DNA of 56,650 nt, taken from Eubacteriales bacterium. Its GTDB lineage: Bacteria > Bacillota > Clostridia > Oscillospirales > CAG-272. The stretch is from NCBI GenBank assembly GCA_045591885.1, contig JAZNTT010000029.1, positions 1-56,650 of the forward strand. The letters are read 5' to 3'. Below the pieces are notes generated by a model. It worked only from the letters and a program-made list of their open reading frames with translations, was not told the DNA's origin and did no database searches. Of this stretch, positions 9,517 to 18,587 are shown in pieces (positions within the stretch are counted from its first letter, which is position 1; each line of letters starts with the position of its first letter). Made by a program: the position numbers and the translations under genes.

Positions 9517-9882
9517 ATGATCCTACTTGACATTGCCGCTGCGCTTGCAATCGCCATTCTTTGCGGCCTTGGCGGAGGAGGCGGAATATTCGTTCTTTAT
9601 CTGACCGCCGTGATCGGTATGACACAGATAAAGGCTCAAGGTGTAAATCTGCTGTTTTTTATCTCCTCTGCACTTGGTGCCTTTGCCGTAAACAGAAAAA
9701 ACAAGCTGATCGACCTTAAGGCGTTCGCCATGATTTCCCTTGGCGGTGTCCCGATGGCGGTTCTCGGTTCACTCTCCGCATCTCTGATAAAAAACGCGCA
9801 TCTTTCAAAAATGTACGGGGGGCTGCTCGTTTTGTCCGGTCTGTATTACCTTTTTCAAAGAGAGAAAAACAGCGACGCTTAG
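9517..9882 (+). CDS. Half-length TauE/SafE (TSUP) family membrane protein
   Basis: GLGGGGG...Q.KAQGVNLLFF; about four TM helices. Confidence 0.75.
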   Translation: MILLDIAAALAIAILCGLGGGGGIFVLYLTAVIGMTQIKAQGVNLLFFISSALGAFAVNRKNKLIDLKAFAMISLGGVPMAVLGSLSASLIKNAHLSKMYGGLLVLSGLYYLFQREKNSDA

Positions 9883-10097
9883 AGTCAGCGTATTCCTTTC
9901 GTTTGATGGGATAAGTACTGTCCATCATTGAAATTGCCCTTCGGCTTAACGCTCGCCATCATCTTATCGCAAGAACGAGCAGCGTGCGCGACAATTTCCG
10001 CAGTCTCACTCGGTTTTTCGGCCCATCTTCTTTATTGAAATTAACTACCCAAATAAGGGTGCAAATAACAAAAATTACGGTTTCAGCTTTTTCTCCT

Positions 10098-11768
10098 TTA
10101 AGGCAACGCCTTTTCAAGCGCACTTCCGATCTCTATTCGGATCTGCGCAAATATATCGTCGGTCGCCTCGATCGACGTAATAGACGAGGATATCGAATTT
10201 ACGCGTTCGTTCACCCACTTGTTTCCAAGCGTTTTCGCCGCAAGCATAAGCAGCTCAATGTCGTCGATACCGTCGCGCATGATCTTCATGCGCATTGATA
10301 CGGTCGGAGCATCGGTTATATTTTCGCCGGGATAAAAGAGGATTCCGTCACCGTAGACGGGCTTGCCGCTCTCATCGTAAAGACCGGTATGAACGTTTTC
10401 CCAAGGATTGACCTTGAAGAATACATTCCATGCAGTCGATGACCAGTATATAAGCCCGTGAATTCCTCTCTGATAGTGCTGCCAGAAAAGAACTCTTTGA
10501 TTAAGACCGGGTTGGTTAAGAACCATAGCGGTATAAGGCAGACCGGGGGTGTAGGAAATATACGTCCAGACACCGAAATTCTCGTTCATCATTTTTCTCA
10601 TCCGGGCTTCAAAGGACATGCTGTGAACGTAGTCGTGCTTACCGTACGAAACCTCGTCGTCCCAAAGACAAAGCTTCGGACACCAGAGCGTACAGAAGCC
10701 CTTCATCGCATTTATCTGGTCCCAACCGCGGGGGTCGATCTGGATATCCACGCTCATCGGGGCGGTTATTCTTATTGCGGGGCAAACGGACCGAAGATGA
10801 AACGCCATTTCGCAGAAACGCTCAATCTCCTCGATCGTATCAGGCTCAACCATAGGCATAAAGTACGCCTTTTTAAGCCATTTCGTATTGGTTTTGAGCT
10901 TATTGTAATACTCTTCGAGCTTCTCATCGGAAACGTCATGAGGAACTCTGAACGAGGTCACACGCGGGTCCGAGAGATATGCATCAACTCGCGGGTCGAG
11001 AATATCGTAAGGAAGCTGCTGAGCGCTCAGATTGTGTTCGAGAAGCAGATTGTAGTAACTAAGGTATACCTCTTCGGAAATATCAGTCTCATTGCCGAAG
11101 AAATAGGTTGAAATATCCTTTTTGGAAACAACGACAGAGCTTTGATACGAGAGCTTCTCCGGAAGCTCAATATCCCAGACTCTTACGATTATAACGTACT
11201 GGGCGACGGTCTTATCAGCCTCATCGCGAAGCTCAAAAACGTAAGGATAATGACCCGCCGCGGTCTCACGGTCGGTAGTGAACTCTACAATGAACGGAAG
11301 CGTCTTTCCTGCCGCCGCATTAAAAAACGTGCCCTCTGAATAGGACCTCGCGGGGTCCGGTATGATCTCGCCGTTGATATTGTAGCTCGTATCGAGCACA
11401 TACATCTTGTATCCGATCGAATTTTCATCTTTATAGGTACATTTAAGGGTTAATTTGCAGTCGGCAACAGGGCGGAAAGCAACCTGACAGCCCTCTGTCT
11501 CGCCCTGCGCCATATAGACCTTATATGAGGTCGGTGCCGACGCGGGAATTGCGCCGTTTTCTGCTATTTTGTAAAAGGAATGAGTTGCCCAGGCGCTTAC
11601 CTGTATATCGCTATTCGGATTGTCATCGGGCGGTGTAAAAACAAAATTGTCATCCGGTTTATTACTGCCTCCATCATTAACGGTCGGCGGGTCACCGAAG
11701 CTTTCTTGACAGGAAGCAAAGGAAAAAAGCGTACACATGGCAAGCAAGATCAAAAGTGATCTTTTCAT
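10098..11768 (-). CDS. Lipoprotein with DUF4091 / GH123-like glycoside hydrolase fold
   Basis: Lipobox FAS-C; E.EGCQ; G.IYW; C-terminal GDGILFYPG...SMRMKIMRDGIDDIELL. Confidence 0.8.
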   Translation of the reverse strand: MKRSLLILLAMCTLFSFASCQESFGDPPTVNDGGSNKPDDNFVFTPPDDNPNSDIQVSAWATHSFYKIAENGAIPASAPTSYKVYMAQGETEGCQVAFRPVADCKLTLKCTYKDENSIGYKMYVLDTSYNINGEIIPDPARSYSEGTFFNAAAGKTLPFIVEFTTDRETAAGHYPYVFELRDEADKTVAQYVIIVRVWDIELPEKLSYQSSVVVSKKDISTYFFGNETDISEEVYLSYYNLLLEHNLSAQQLPYDILDPRVDAYLSDPRVTSFRVPHDVSDEKLEEYYNKLKTNTKWLKKAYFMPMVEPDTIEEIERFCEMAFHLRSVCPAIRITAPMSVDIQIDPRGWDQINAMKGFCTLWCPKLCLWDDEVSYGKHDYVHSMSFEARMRKMMNENFGVWTYISYTPGLPYTAMVLNQPGLNQRVLFWQHYQRGIHGLIYWSSTAWNVFFKVNPWENVHTGLYDESGKPVYGDGILFYPGENITDAPTVSMRMKIMRDGIDDIELLMLAAKTLGNKWVNERVNSISSSITSIEATDDIFAQIRIEIGSALEKALP

Positions 11769-11783
11769 TTGTGCCTCCGTATG

Positions 11784-14237
11784 TTATTTATTCATTTTAC
11801 TCTCGAGAGCGTCGCCTATCTCTTTTCTGATTTTAGCAAAGCTGTCGTTATCGGTATAGGTAGTAAGCGAATCGGTCGCGCCATTCGTCTTTTCCTTCAC
11901 CCAATCCTCACCCAAGTGCTTCTTTGCAAGTAGCAAAAGCTCAATATCGTCAATTCCGTCGCGAAAGTATTTAAGACGCAAGCTTGCAACGGGGCCGTCA
12001 ACACCGACGGCTTTTCCGGGATAAAGAATAGCTCCCTCTCCACAGATAGGGGTACCGTTTTCATCTTTATAACCGTTATTAAGAGTTTTCCAAGGATCAA
12101 TGAAATCGGAATAGTTGTTTGCGCTTGCCCATTTATTGACTCGCCAATAAAAGAAACCTTTTATGTCTCTCTGATATATCTGCCAGAAGAGCAGTCTTTG
12201 CACTCTGCCCTCAGTATCGAGAAAGAACTGAGCGTAGGGATCTCCGGGCGCATTGCAAACGTAGGTCCAAAGCTCGGCCCCGGCTGCCGCCTTTTCGTTC
12301 ATTCTTTCCGCGAATGATTTTTTCGGCTTGACCAAAAGATCCTTATACGAGTTGCTGTCATCCCAGAGGCAGAGCTTCGGACACCAGATGCCGGAATCGT
12401 CATACATTGCTCCAACCTGGTCGCCGGACAATCCTATTCGGATGTTTGTGTAGAAGGGCGCGAAAACGGGAATATCCGGACAAAGCGTTCGAAGATGCTC
12501 GCACATCTCGTTATATGCCTTAATATCGGCTTCAGAATCGGGCTCGTCAAAGGGATAGAATACCGCCTTTTTAAGCCAATCGGGGTTCTGCTTTAGCTTT
12601 TTATAATATTTGAGGATCTCCTCATCAGGAAGAAGCTTACCGTCGCTTCCCTTGCAAGGAACCTCGACAAAGGTAATAATAGGATTATTCAGATACGCGT
12701 TCGCGGAATCGCTGAGTACATTCACCGGGATGCGACTGGCGGAAATATTATGCTTCAGAAGGAAGCTGTAATAGTCGCAGGTGACCTCATGTAAGTCATC
12801 ATCAGAAACGTTTTCCATCACAGACACGTACCACGTATCAAGTCCTGCCGCCGCGCGGAACGTTTTTTCAAGAGGAATGGTAATATTCCAAACGTGTACA
12901 GTCACCTCAAAGAGCGCGATTGTCTTTCCGCTGTCATTTACAAATGCGAACGTATAGTTATAATCGCCCGCGGGGGTTGATGCCAACGTCGTAAACTCAA
13001 CAAGAAAAGGGAGCGGCGTTTTTGCCGCGATACTAACGTAACTGCCGAAATAAGGAGTACAGGCATCGGTATACTTATTTCCGTTCCAGTCCTCGTAATG
13101 CTGAAGAACAAATATCTCGGGCTGAATGGAATGTTGAGGATTTGAAAGCAGAACGAGTTTTCCTCTCTTTCGTCCGCTGGCACCATCGTTCATAACGACG
13201 AGCTGACAGCCCTCGGTCTCCTGCTTTGCCATATTTACCGTAAATTTTGCACTGCCGGTATCTTTGGGAGCATTAATAATGACCTTGTCATAGGAATGAG
13301 TTGCCCAGTAACTAATAGAATCGTCAGTAACTGACGGCTTAGTCGTATTATCCTTAACGCTGTGTTCGTCAAAATAAACCTCAAAGGTATTAAGAATGCA
13401 GTTCTGTCCGCTCTCAACTTTGTTGCCGCTACTATATTTTACGAGCAAAAATACAGTGTTACCCTTGGTAAGCTCGACCGTTTCTTTGAAGGACACTACG
13501 ACACGAGCCGATTTGACATTTTTTTGTTCGGCAAGGACCTCTCCGTTGCCCGTCATAAGAACAACGTCGACCTCACTCTCATTACCCCAAAGCTTTGTGA
13601 CCTTGGCAACTACGGTAGCACTTCCGGATGCACCCGCCGTAAATACGACGGCAGCCCCATAATACTTCGAGCATACAAGGTCGACGCCGGCGCCGCCGCC
13701 CTCGGACTTACTGACAACGTAGGTCTCGGGGTCGTATATAACGTAATGACCGGGATAAGCGGCATTCCGCGCAGCTCTTTCATTTTGCTCCAGTTCGTAG
13801 AGCTTCTTTTCAGAAATGTCATACGCAGCAAATCGGTATGCGCCGCTTGCTACGGTTCCAATACCGATATTGAACTTGACAATCGTACCCGTTATTGGCG
13901 GCTCGGTTTCGGGCGGTGCCGTGGTCGACGGCTTCGTAGTTACCGGCTTGGTTGTTTCGGGTTTAGAAGTGTCGTTTACCGATGAATCGGTTTCGGGCGG
14001 TGCCGTAGTCGACGGCTTCGTAGTTACCGGCTTGGTTGTTTCGGGTTTAGAAGTGTCGTTTACCGATGAATCGGTTTCGGTAGTATCGCTTGGATTAGTT
14101 GTGCTGTCGGTAGTATCTGCACTCGTGGTGGTTGACGGATTATCGGTAGTCACGTCTCCCTTTTCATCCACCTTACTGCAGGCAAAAAGCGTGAGCATAG
14201 TGGCAATAATAAGAATAATTGAGATAAATTTCCTCAT
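11784..14237 (-). CDS. Lipoprotein with Thr/Pro linker, beta-rich domain and DUF4091 / GH123-like domain
   Basis: Lipobox LFA-C; FDEP motif; GFFYW; GEGAILYPG...SLRLKYFRDGIDDIELL; clear paralog of 10098..11768. Confidence 0.8.
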   Translation of the reverse strand: MRKFISIILIIATMLTLFACSKVDEKGDVTTDNPSTTTSADTTDSTTNPSDTTETDSSVNDTSKPETTKPVTTKPSTTAPPETDSSVNDTSKPETTKPVTTKPSTTAPPETEPPITGTIVKFNIGIGTVASGAYRFAAYDISEKKLYELEQNERAARNAAYPGHYVIYDPETYVVSKSEGGGAGVDLVCSKYYGAAVVFTAGASGSATVVAKVTKLWGNESEVDVVLMTGNGEVLAEQKNVKSARVVVSFKETVELTKGNTVFLLVKYSSGNKVESGQNCILNTFEVYFDEHSVKDNTTKPSVTDDSISYWATHSYDKVIINAPKDTGSAKFTVNMAKQETEGCQLVVMNDGASGRKRGKLVLLSNPQHSIQPEIFVLQHYEDWNGNKYTDACTPYFGSYVSIAAKTPLPFLVEFTTLASTPAGDYNYTFAFVNDSGKTIALFEVTVHVWNITIPLEKTFRAAAGLDTWYVSVMENVSDDDLHEVTCDYYSFLLKHNISASRIPVNVLSDSANAYLNNPIITFVEVPCKGSDGKLLPDEEILKYYKKLKQNPDWLKKAVFYPFDEPDSEADIKAYNEMCEHLRTLCPDIPVFAPFYTNIRIGLSGDQVGAMYDDSGIWCPKLCLWDDSNSYKDLLVKPKKSFAERMNEKAAAGAELWTYVCNAPGDPYAQFFLDTEGRVQRLLFWQIYQRDIKGFFYWRVNKWASANNYSDFIDPWKTLNNGYKDENGTPICGEGAILYPGKAVGVDGPVASLRLKYFRDGIDDIELLLLAKKHLGEDWVKEKTNGATDSLTTYTDNDSFAKIRKEIGDALESKMNK
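13903..14080. repeat. 84-bp (28-aa) tandem duplication in the Thr/Pro linker
   Basis: Units start at 13903, 13987 and 14071 (partial); one synonymous mismatch (GTG/GTA on the + strand). Confidence 0.95.
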
Positions 14238-14278
14238 AATTTATTTTAACCTCGAATTGTTCAAAACATAAAGCAATA

Positions 14279-14298
14279 GGGGCGACCTAAGTCGCCCC
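14279..14298 (-). terminator. GC-rich hairpin after the SBP gene (terminator or mRNA stabiliser)
   Basis: GGGGCGAC-CTAA-GTCGCCCC; weak U-tract. Confidence 0.6.
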
Positions 14299-14366
14299 CA
14301 TGGTTTCGGCAAGCCGTTTGACGGTTAGCATCGCCGCTTTCCTATGTCAGCGATTACTGATTTATT

Positions 14367-15824
14367 TTAGTTGTCCTGGAATCTGTCGAATGCTGCCATG
14401 ATACTCGCAAGTGCCCTATCAATGTCAGGCTTTTTAGAGGTATAATACTGAGAAATCTGGCTGTCCTGAGGGTGGTAAACAACGTCCTCCTCAACTGCGG
14501 TAATCATACGAAGCTGAGTAGAGAGAAGGGTCGCGATATCCCAAGTGGTGTTGTTAAGAATGATATCGAGCATATCGATAGATTCAGCGTCGGAAACGCC
14601 GGTACCCTGGAGAGAGTCGTATCTGTATGCGGGGTATACGTGTTGCTCAGAAGCAATGGAAAGTGCTTCGCAGATAAGAGAAACAAAGTTGGAGTTTGCA
14701 GTGACAGGTATCGACATTACAGAGTAGTTATCGAACATCGCGGATCTGTAATTCTTCTGGTTATCATCATACTTCGGCTGAGGAAGGATAGTATAAACAG
14801 CTTCCATGGAAGGAAGAGTACTGATGGTATTAGAAAGGGCGGTAGTAGAGAAGAGAGCTCTGTTGGACTTGAAAGCATTAGTAGCTTCGCTCTGTTTACC
14901 GTAGAAGGTACCGGGGGTTTCATAGTACAGAGTATGCATTCTGCTTGCGTAGGAAAGGTACTTTTCGTTCATCATAACGTCCTCAAGTCCCTTTTCCACA
15001 GTGTTCTTAACGCAGGGGATTTCCCATGCAGCGTGCCAGGAATCGATAGACCAGTCCAAGGTCAGATAGAATGCGAAGCTGTCATCGGCGGTCTTTCCGT
15101 CACCGCCAGCATCATCCCAGCCGTACTCATTTACGATGTTCATAAGGTAATCGTAAGTCCAGCCGCCTTCCTCGCCGTTACCGGCAAGAACGGTGTCGAT
15201 GAGTTCCTGAGAGAACTCAGTGCCCTTCCAGTTATCACCGAGGTCACGATTGTAAACCACAGCAACGGTCTGTCCGAGGATGGAGATACACATCTTGGAA
15301 ATAGCGGTGTATATAGCGTCACGAACGGAGAACTCCTTGTTCATGCCGTTGATCCAGTGAGACTGCGAGAGCTTGGTATAGGGAAGCTTTGCCCAGTTAA
15401 GAACGAAGCCGTTCGTGATAAGGGGCGAGCTCTCGTATACGTACGTCATAGCGAGGTCGAAGGTATCCATCTGCAGCGTACATGCGTTAAGAACGATGTT
15501 GCTATGTGCAAACTGGGTACCGTCATTATCCTGGCGCTGGATGAAGACATCGTATCTGTCTTCAACCTTAGCGTTTCTGAGAACAAGCGCCTGATCAACT
15601 ATGTTCGTGGAATTCTCGTCGTCAACAACAACCTCCATTGCGCCGTAGTGACCTCTCGTGCTTACACGGAAATCTTTTCCTTCAAAGTCATAGTCGGGAA
15701 GTGCTTCCCACTTGGTGCCGGGGTCTTCCTTGTAGTTGGGACCCGTTTTCTTTCCGTTGCCGCCGCAAGCAAAGCAGGTAACAAGCATGCAAGCAGCGAT
15801 GAGAAGTAAAATAAACTTCTTCAT
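14367..15824 (-). CDS. Extracellular solute-binding lipoprotein (sugar ABC type)
   Basis: Lipobox CFA-C; LPDYDFEG..F, RN..VEDRY, WT.D.L, ILPQPKYD..Q..Y and S.DMLDII motifs typical of clostridial SBPs. Confidence 0.88.
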   Translation of the reverse strand: MKKFILLLIAACMLVTCFACGGNGKKTGPNYKEDPGTKWEALPDYDFEGKDFRVSTRGHYGAMEVVVDDENSTNIVDQALVLRNAKVEDRYDVFIQRQDNDGTQFAHSNIVLNACTLQMDTFDLAMTYVYESSPLITNGFVLNWAKLPYTKLSQSHWINGMNKEFSVRDAIYTAISKMCISILGQTVAVVYNRDLGDNWKGTEFSQELIDTVLAGNGEEGGWTYDYLMNIVNEYGWDDAGGDGKTADDSFAFYLTLDWSIDSWHAAWEIPCVKNTVEKGLEDVMMNEKYLSYASRMHTLYYETPGTFYGKQSEATNAFKSNRALFSTTALSNTISTLPSMEAVYTILPQPKYDDNQKNYRSAMFDNYSVMSIPVTANSNFVSLICEALSIASEQHVYPAYRYDSLQGTGVSDAESIDMLDIILNNTTWDIATLLSTQLRMITAVEEDVVYHPQDSQISQYYTSKKPDIDRALASIMAAFDRFQDN

Positions 15825-16073
15825 AAAATTTCTCCTTCTTTGGATATTTTTTATTTTGACATTCGCGCAAGAGATTACGGCAAATGTTAAAACCTAATAA
15901 TGAATAGCGCTCCGCCCTTGTGCAAGATGTGAAAAAACTGTCTTAGACTTTTTAGCACAAGTCACAAGAAACTTTGGCGTATGCAAGTTTTTTTAGTTTT
16001 TAGCGGAATCGTTTTGCAAAATTTACATAATAGCGCCTAAATTCGAGCGTATTTTATTACTTTTTGCAAGAGT

Positions 16074-16142
16074 ATTATAACACGAACGCAAAATATACGC
16101 TATCAGTAATTTGCTCTAAATTATCAATTATTTGCTCTAAAA
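16074..16142 (-). promoter_or_regulatory. Putative activator-dependent promoter with 21-bp direct repeat
   Basis: TATAAT at 16074-16079, poor -35 (TAGCGT); TATCAgTaATTTGCTCTAAA repeated at 16101 and 16122. Confidence 0.55.
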
Positions 16143-16222
16143 TGTAAACAATTGTGATGGATATGTGAACAACAAATGAAGTTCGAGTGAGAACGGAAAT
16201 CGTATTTTACCGGACAGAGCCG

Positions 16223-16318
16223 TCAGTTATCCGCCGCCTTATCAAATTCGTTCATTACGTCCTTGATCGCATTCCGTATTTTTTCCGTGCAGGTCGCGGA
16301 CAAGTCCGCCGCTGCCCC
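16223..16318 (-). pseudogene. Probable C-terminal remnant of a deleted SBP paralog
   Basis: Encodes ...EKIRNAIKDVMNEFDKAADN*, which aligns without gaps to the SBP end PDIDRALASIMAAFDRFQDN* (7/20 identical). Confidence 0.45.
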
Positions 16319-16951
16319 TCAAAATTCCGGATCGTATTTCTGTTCAAACGGCTCCCAAAAGATCTCTCTTACCTCGATGTCCTTTATGCGGAGCATCGTG
16401 CAGTAAGCGGAAAAGCCGACGTGACCGCCGTTTATCGGATTCGGGTCGATCATCTCCGAAACAAGAACGTCATCGACCATCATAAATGAGTGACCGTCGA
16501 TCGCTCCGCAGGTCATTCTGACCTCGGTGCCGGGTATATACTTATAGAGGCTCGTCGTAGAATAGAGATTCGAGCCGACTCCGTAGCCGATGTTTCTTTC
16601 AAGTCCCGCCTTGTTCTCATACCAGCCGTTGAGTCCGCAGACGTAGGAAGTGCCGAGATAGTCGACCTCGTCGTCCCAGCTTGCACAGAAAACGGCGTTA
16701 AGGTCGCGCGTTGCAGGAAGGATAGTTGAGCCGGTAAAGGAAAGCATTACGTTACCATTATAGTAATCGCGCGAAAAAAGAATACCGCCCTTGTTTCCGT
16801 TCTCGATTCCGATAAGCGCGCCATCCTCGTATTTCCATTCTCCGCTCTTCGGCTCGAAATAGCTCTGCCAATCGGTGTTCGGCTTATAGTCGAGAAGCAC
16901 CTTTGACTTGTCGAAAAATATTTTTTTACCTAAAAGATGTATGTTTTTCAT
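16319..16951 (-). CDS. Hypothetical beta-sandwich protein (DUF1080/concanavalin-like)
   Basis: GAGGT RBS before ATG at 16951; W.YEDGALIG...GGILF...GGHVGF pattern. Confidence 0.6.
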   Translation of the reverse strand: MKNIHLLGKKIFFDKSKVLLDYKPNTDWQSYFEPKSGEWKYEDGALIGIENGNKGGILFSRDYYNGNVMLSFTGSTILPATRDLNAVFCASWDDEVDYLGTSYVCGLNGWYENKAGLERNIGYGVGSNLYSTTSLYKYIPGTEVRMTCGAIDGHSFMMVDDVLVSEMIDPNPINGGHVGFSAYCTMLRIKDIEVREIFWEPFEQKYDPEF

Positions 16952-17120
16952 AGTTACCTCATAGCTTTTTACCGACTGTTCTTCTATCTTCATTATAATA
17001 TATATGCCCAAAATTGTCTACAAGTATTTCTTTTTCGGCAAAAATATTTACAATGCTCTTGCATTTTGTTAAAAGAGCGTTTATAATATAGATACTACAT
17101 AAAATTGAGAGGTAATAATC

Positions 17121-17363
17121 ATGGATCTTCTTAAAAAGTATTGGCCCCTCGGCCTCAAGGTAAAGAAGGGTGACGTTGTTTCGCTCATCATTTGGCTCGT
17201 AGTCAGCCTTGTTGTTTGCGGACTTATCTCTACCGTTTGCCTTACCGTCCTCGGAGCTATTCCGGTAGTTAACATTCTCTGCGGAATCCTCGCTCTTATT
17301 TTTGACATTTACGGTATCGTAAACATCGTAGTTTGCGTTCTTTCCTTCCTCGGAAAGGTTTAA
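17121..17363 (+). CDS. Small hydrophobic membrane protein
   Basis: Promoter TTGCAT-17-TATAAT (17059-17087), GAGGT RBS, 2-3 TM helices. Confidence 0.8.
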   Translation: MDLLKKYWPLGLKVKKGDVVSLIIWLVVSLVVCGLISTVCLTVLGAIPVVNILCGILALIFDIYGIVNIVVCVLSFLGKV

Positions 17364-17376
17364 TTGTCAGTTAATA

Positions 17377-17415
17377 AGCAACGCCGAAGCAGTGCTTCGG
17401 CGTTGCTTATTTTTT
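17377..17415. terminator. Bidirectional intrinsic terminator
   Basis: AAGCAACGCCGAAGCA-G-TGCTTCGGCGTTGCTT followed by a T-run. Confidence 0.85.
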
Positions 17416-17832
17416 AACTACTTCGCCCGATATGACCGCGAAAATAAACCGGTACATATCGCTTGCCATTTTATAGACCTTATCAAGCTCGGTGTCGGTA
17501 ATGTCGAAGCCGACGTCGGTCGGGTAACGGGTTTCGATATAGTATCTGTTGAGAGAGGTGCTTTCGTCGAGCCACTCGTCGAACTTTCTGTCGATACGGC
17601 AGGCACTTCTGCAAAGGAACGTCAGGTTATGTCCGTCAACGTGCTTGCCGTTTTTATAAAGAAGATACCCCTTAAGCGCTTTTTCAATGCACTGCTGGCA
17701 GTGGAATGCGGCGTTACAGTTATCGCCGTTATTGTCCTTTAATATCCGCGCGGAATCAATGTCGCACTCGGCGCGCTCGAGCCAGTCGAAATATCTTTTA
17801 CTGTCGTGAGGACTGCCGCGTCTTCTACCCAT
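17407..17832 (-). CDS. HEPN domain protein
   Basis: W...AE.D...A...AFHCQQCIEKALKGYL...GHNL..LC...LNRYYIETRYP. Confidence 0.9.
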   Translation of the reverse strand: MGRRRGSPHDSKRYFDWLERAECDIDSARILKDNNGDNCNAAFHCQQCIEKALKGYLLYKNGKHVDGHNLTFLCRSACRIDRKFDEWLDESTSLNRYYIETRYPTDVGFDITDTELDKVYKMASDMYRFIFAVISGEVVKK

Positions 17833-18115
17833 AAAGCACCCTGCCCTTCGACATTATGCTGTATGCGTAGCTCGTTTCGTCCTTTTCAAGAATAAGGAAA
17901 TCCTCCTCGTTATACACAAGCAGATTGAAAGCAACGTCACAGTCAAGGACACGGTAAAGCCGTCTTTCCGCTTCCTTCGGGTCGCTCTTCACTACGATAA
18001 GCAGGCTCGCCTCGCGTAGTTGCTCACCGTTTTTCTTTTCTCCGTAGAGAACTATCTTGCTCGGACTTACCTCATCAATGACGGTTTTACAGATTTGATT
18101 CAATACTCCGTTCAT
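17825..18115 (-). CDS. Degenerate minimal nucleotidyltransferase (MNT)-like protein
   Basis: P.KIVLYG...LLIVV...LVY..E.F...I..KGRVLYG scaffold, but GS and all catalytic Asp are replaced; overlaps the HEPN start; own promoter TTGAAA-17-TATAAT (18141-18169). Confidence 0.75.
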   Translation of the reverse strand: MNGVLNQICKTVIDEVSPSKIVLYGEKKNGEQLREASLLIVVKSDPKEAERRLYRVLDCDVAFNLLVYNEEDFLILEKDETSYAYSIMSKGRVLYG

Positions 18116-18172
18116 TTCCGCACCTCCGTTTCTTACCTATATTATACACGGATATGCGGTGTTTTTCAAGTA

Positions 18173-18559
18173 TCAACCGATTATTTCGTTAGGTGCATTT
18201 CCTCCGAGTCCAAAGCTGACGGCGATTGCTTCGTTTACACGGCGCATAACGCTGTCGTCAAGATGCCCCATTTTTTCTTTGAGGCGCGTTTTGTCGAGCG
18301 TTCTTACCTGTTCAAGAAGTATAACGGAGTTTTTCATAAGTCCGCCCGAGGTGTCCGACGATATCATCGCCTCGACTCCGATGTGAGTCGGAAGCTTATT
18401 TTTCCCCGTTCGCGAGGTTATCGCGGCGGCGATGACCGTAGGGCTGTATCTGTTGCCGACGTCATTCTGTATTATGAGAACGGGACGAAGTCCTCCCTGT
18501 TCCGAGCCGACTACGGGACTAAGGTCTGCGTAAAATATATCTCCGCGTTTACACGTCAT
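18173..18559 (-). CDS. mazF: MazF/PemK-family endoribonuclease (NdoA/EndoA-like)
   Basis: [44 protein letters not shown]...[12 protein letters not shown]; AAAGGA RBS before ATG at 18559. Confidence 0.95.
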   Translation of the reverse strand: MTCKRGDIFYADLSPVVGSEQGGLRPVLIIQNDVGNRYSPTVIAAAITSRTGKNKLPTHIGVEAMISSDTSGGLMKNSVILLEQVRTLDKTRLKEKMGHLDDSVMRRVNEAIAVSFGLGGNAPNEIIG

Positions 18560-18587
18560 AATGTTTTTTCCTTTCGTTTCAACTTTC

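Noticed and set aside
9984-10000. GTGCG as a group II intron 5' end
   Set aside because: Five-base match only; no domain V or reverse transcriptase nearby
13903-14080. CRISPR-like array
   Set aside because: In-frame coding duplication with no spacers; no cas genes in the window
14472-15809. 445-aa antisense ORF
   Set aside because: Fully opposite the SBP gene; no recognisable domain
16319-16321. Selenocysteine or readthrough at the TGA
   Set aside because: No clear SECIS hairpin and no Cys-like catalytic context; a deleted SBP remnant explains the tail better
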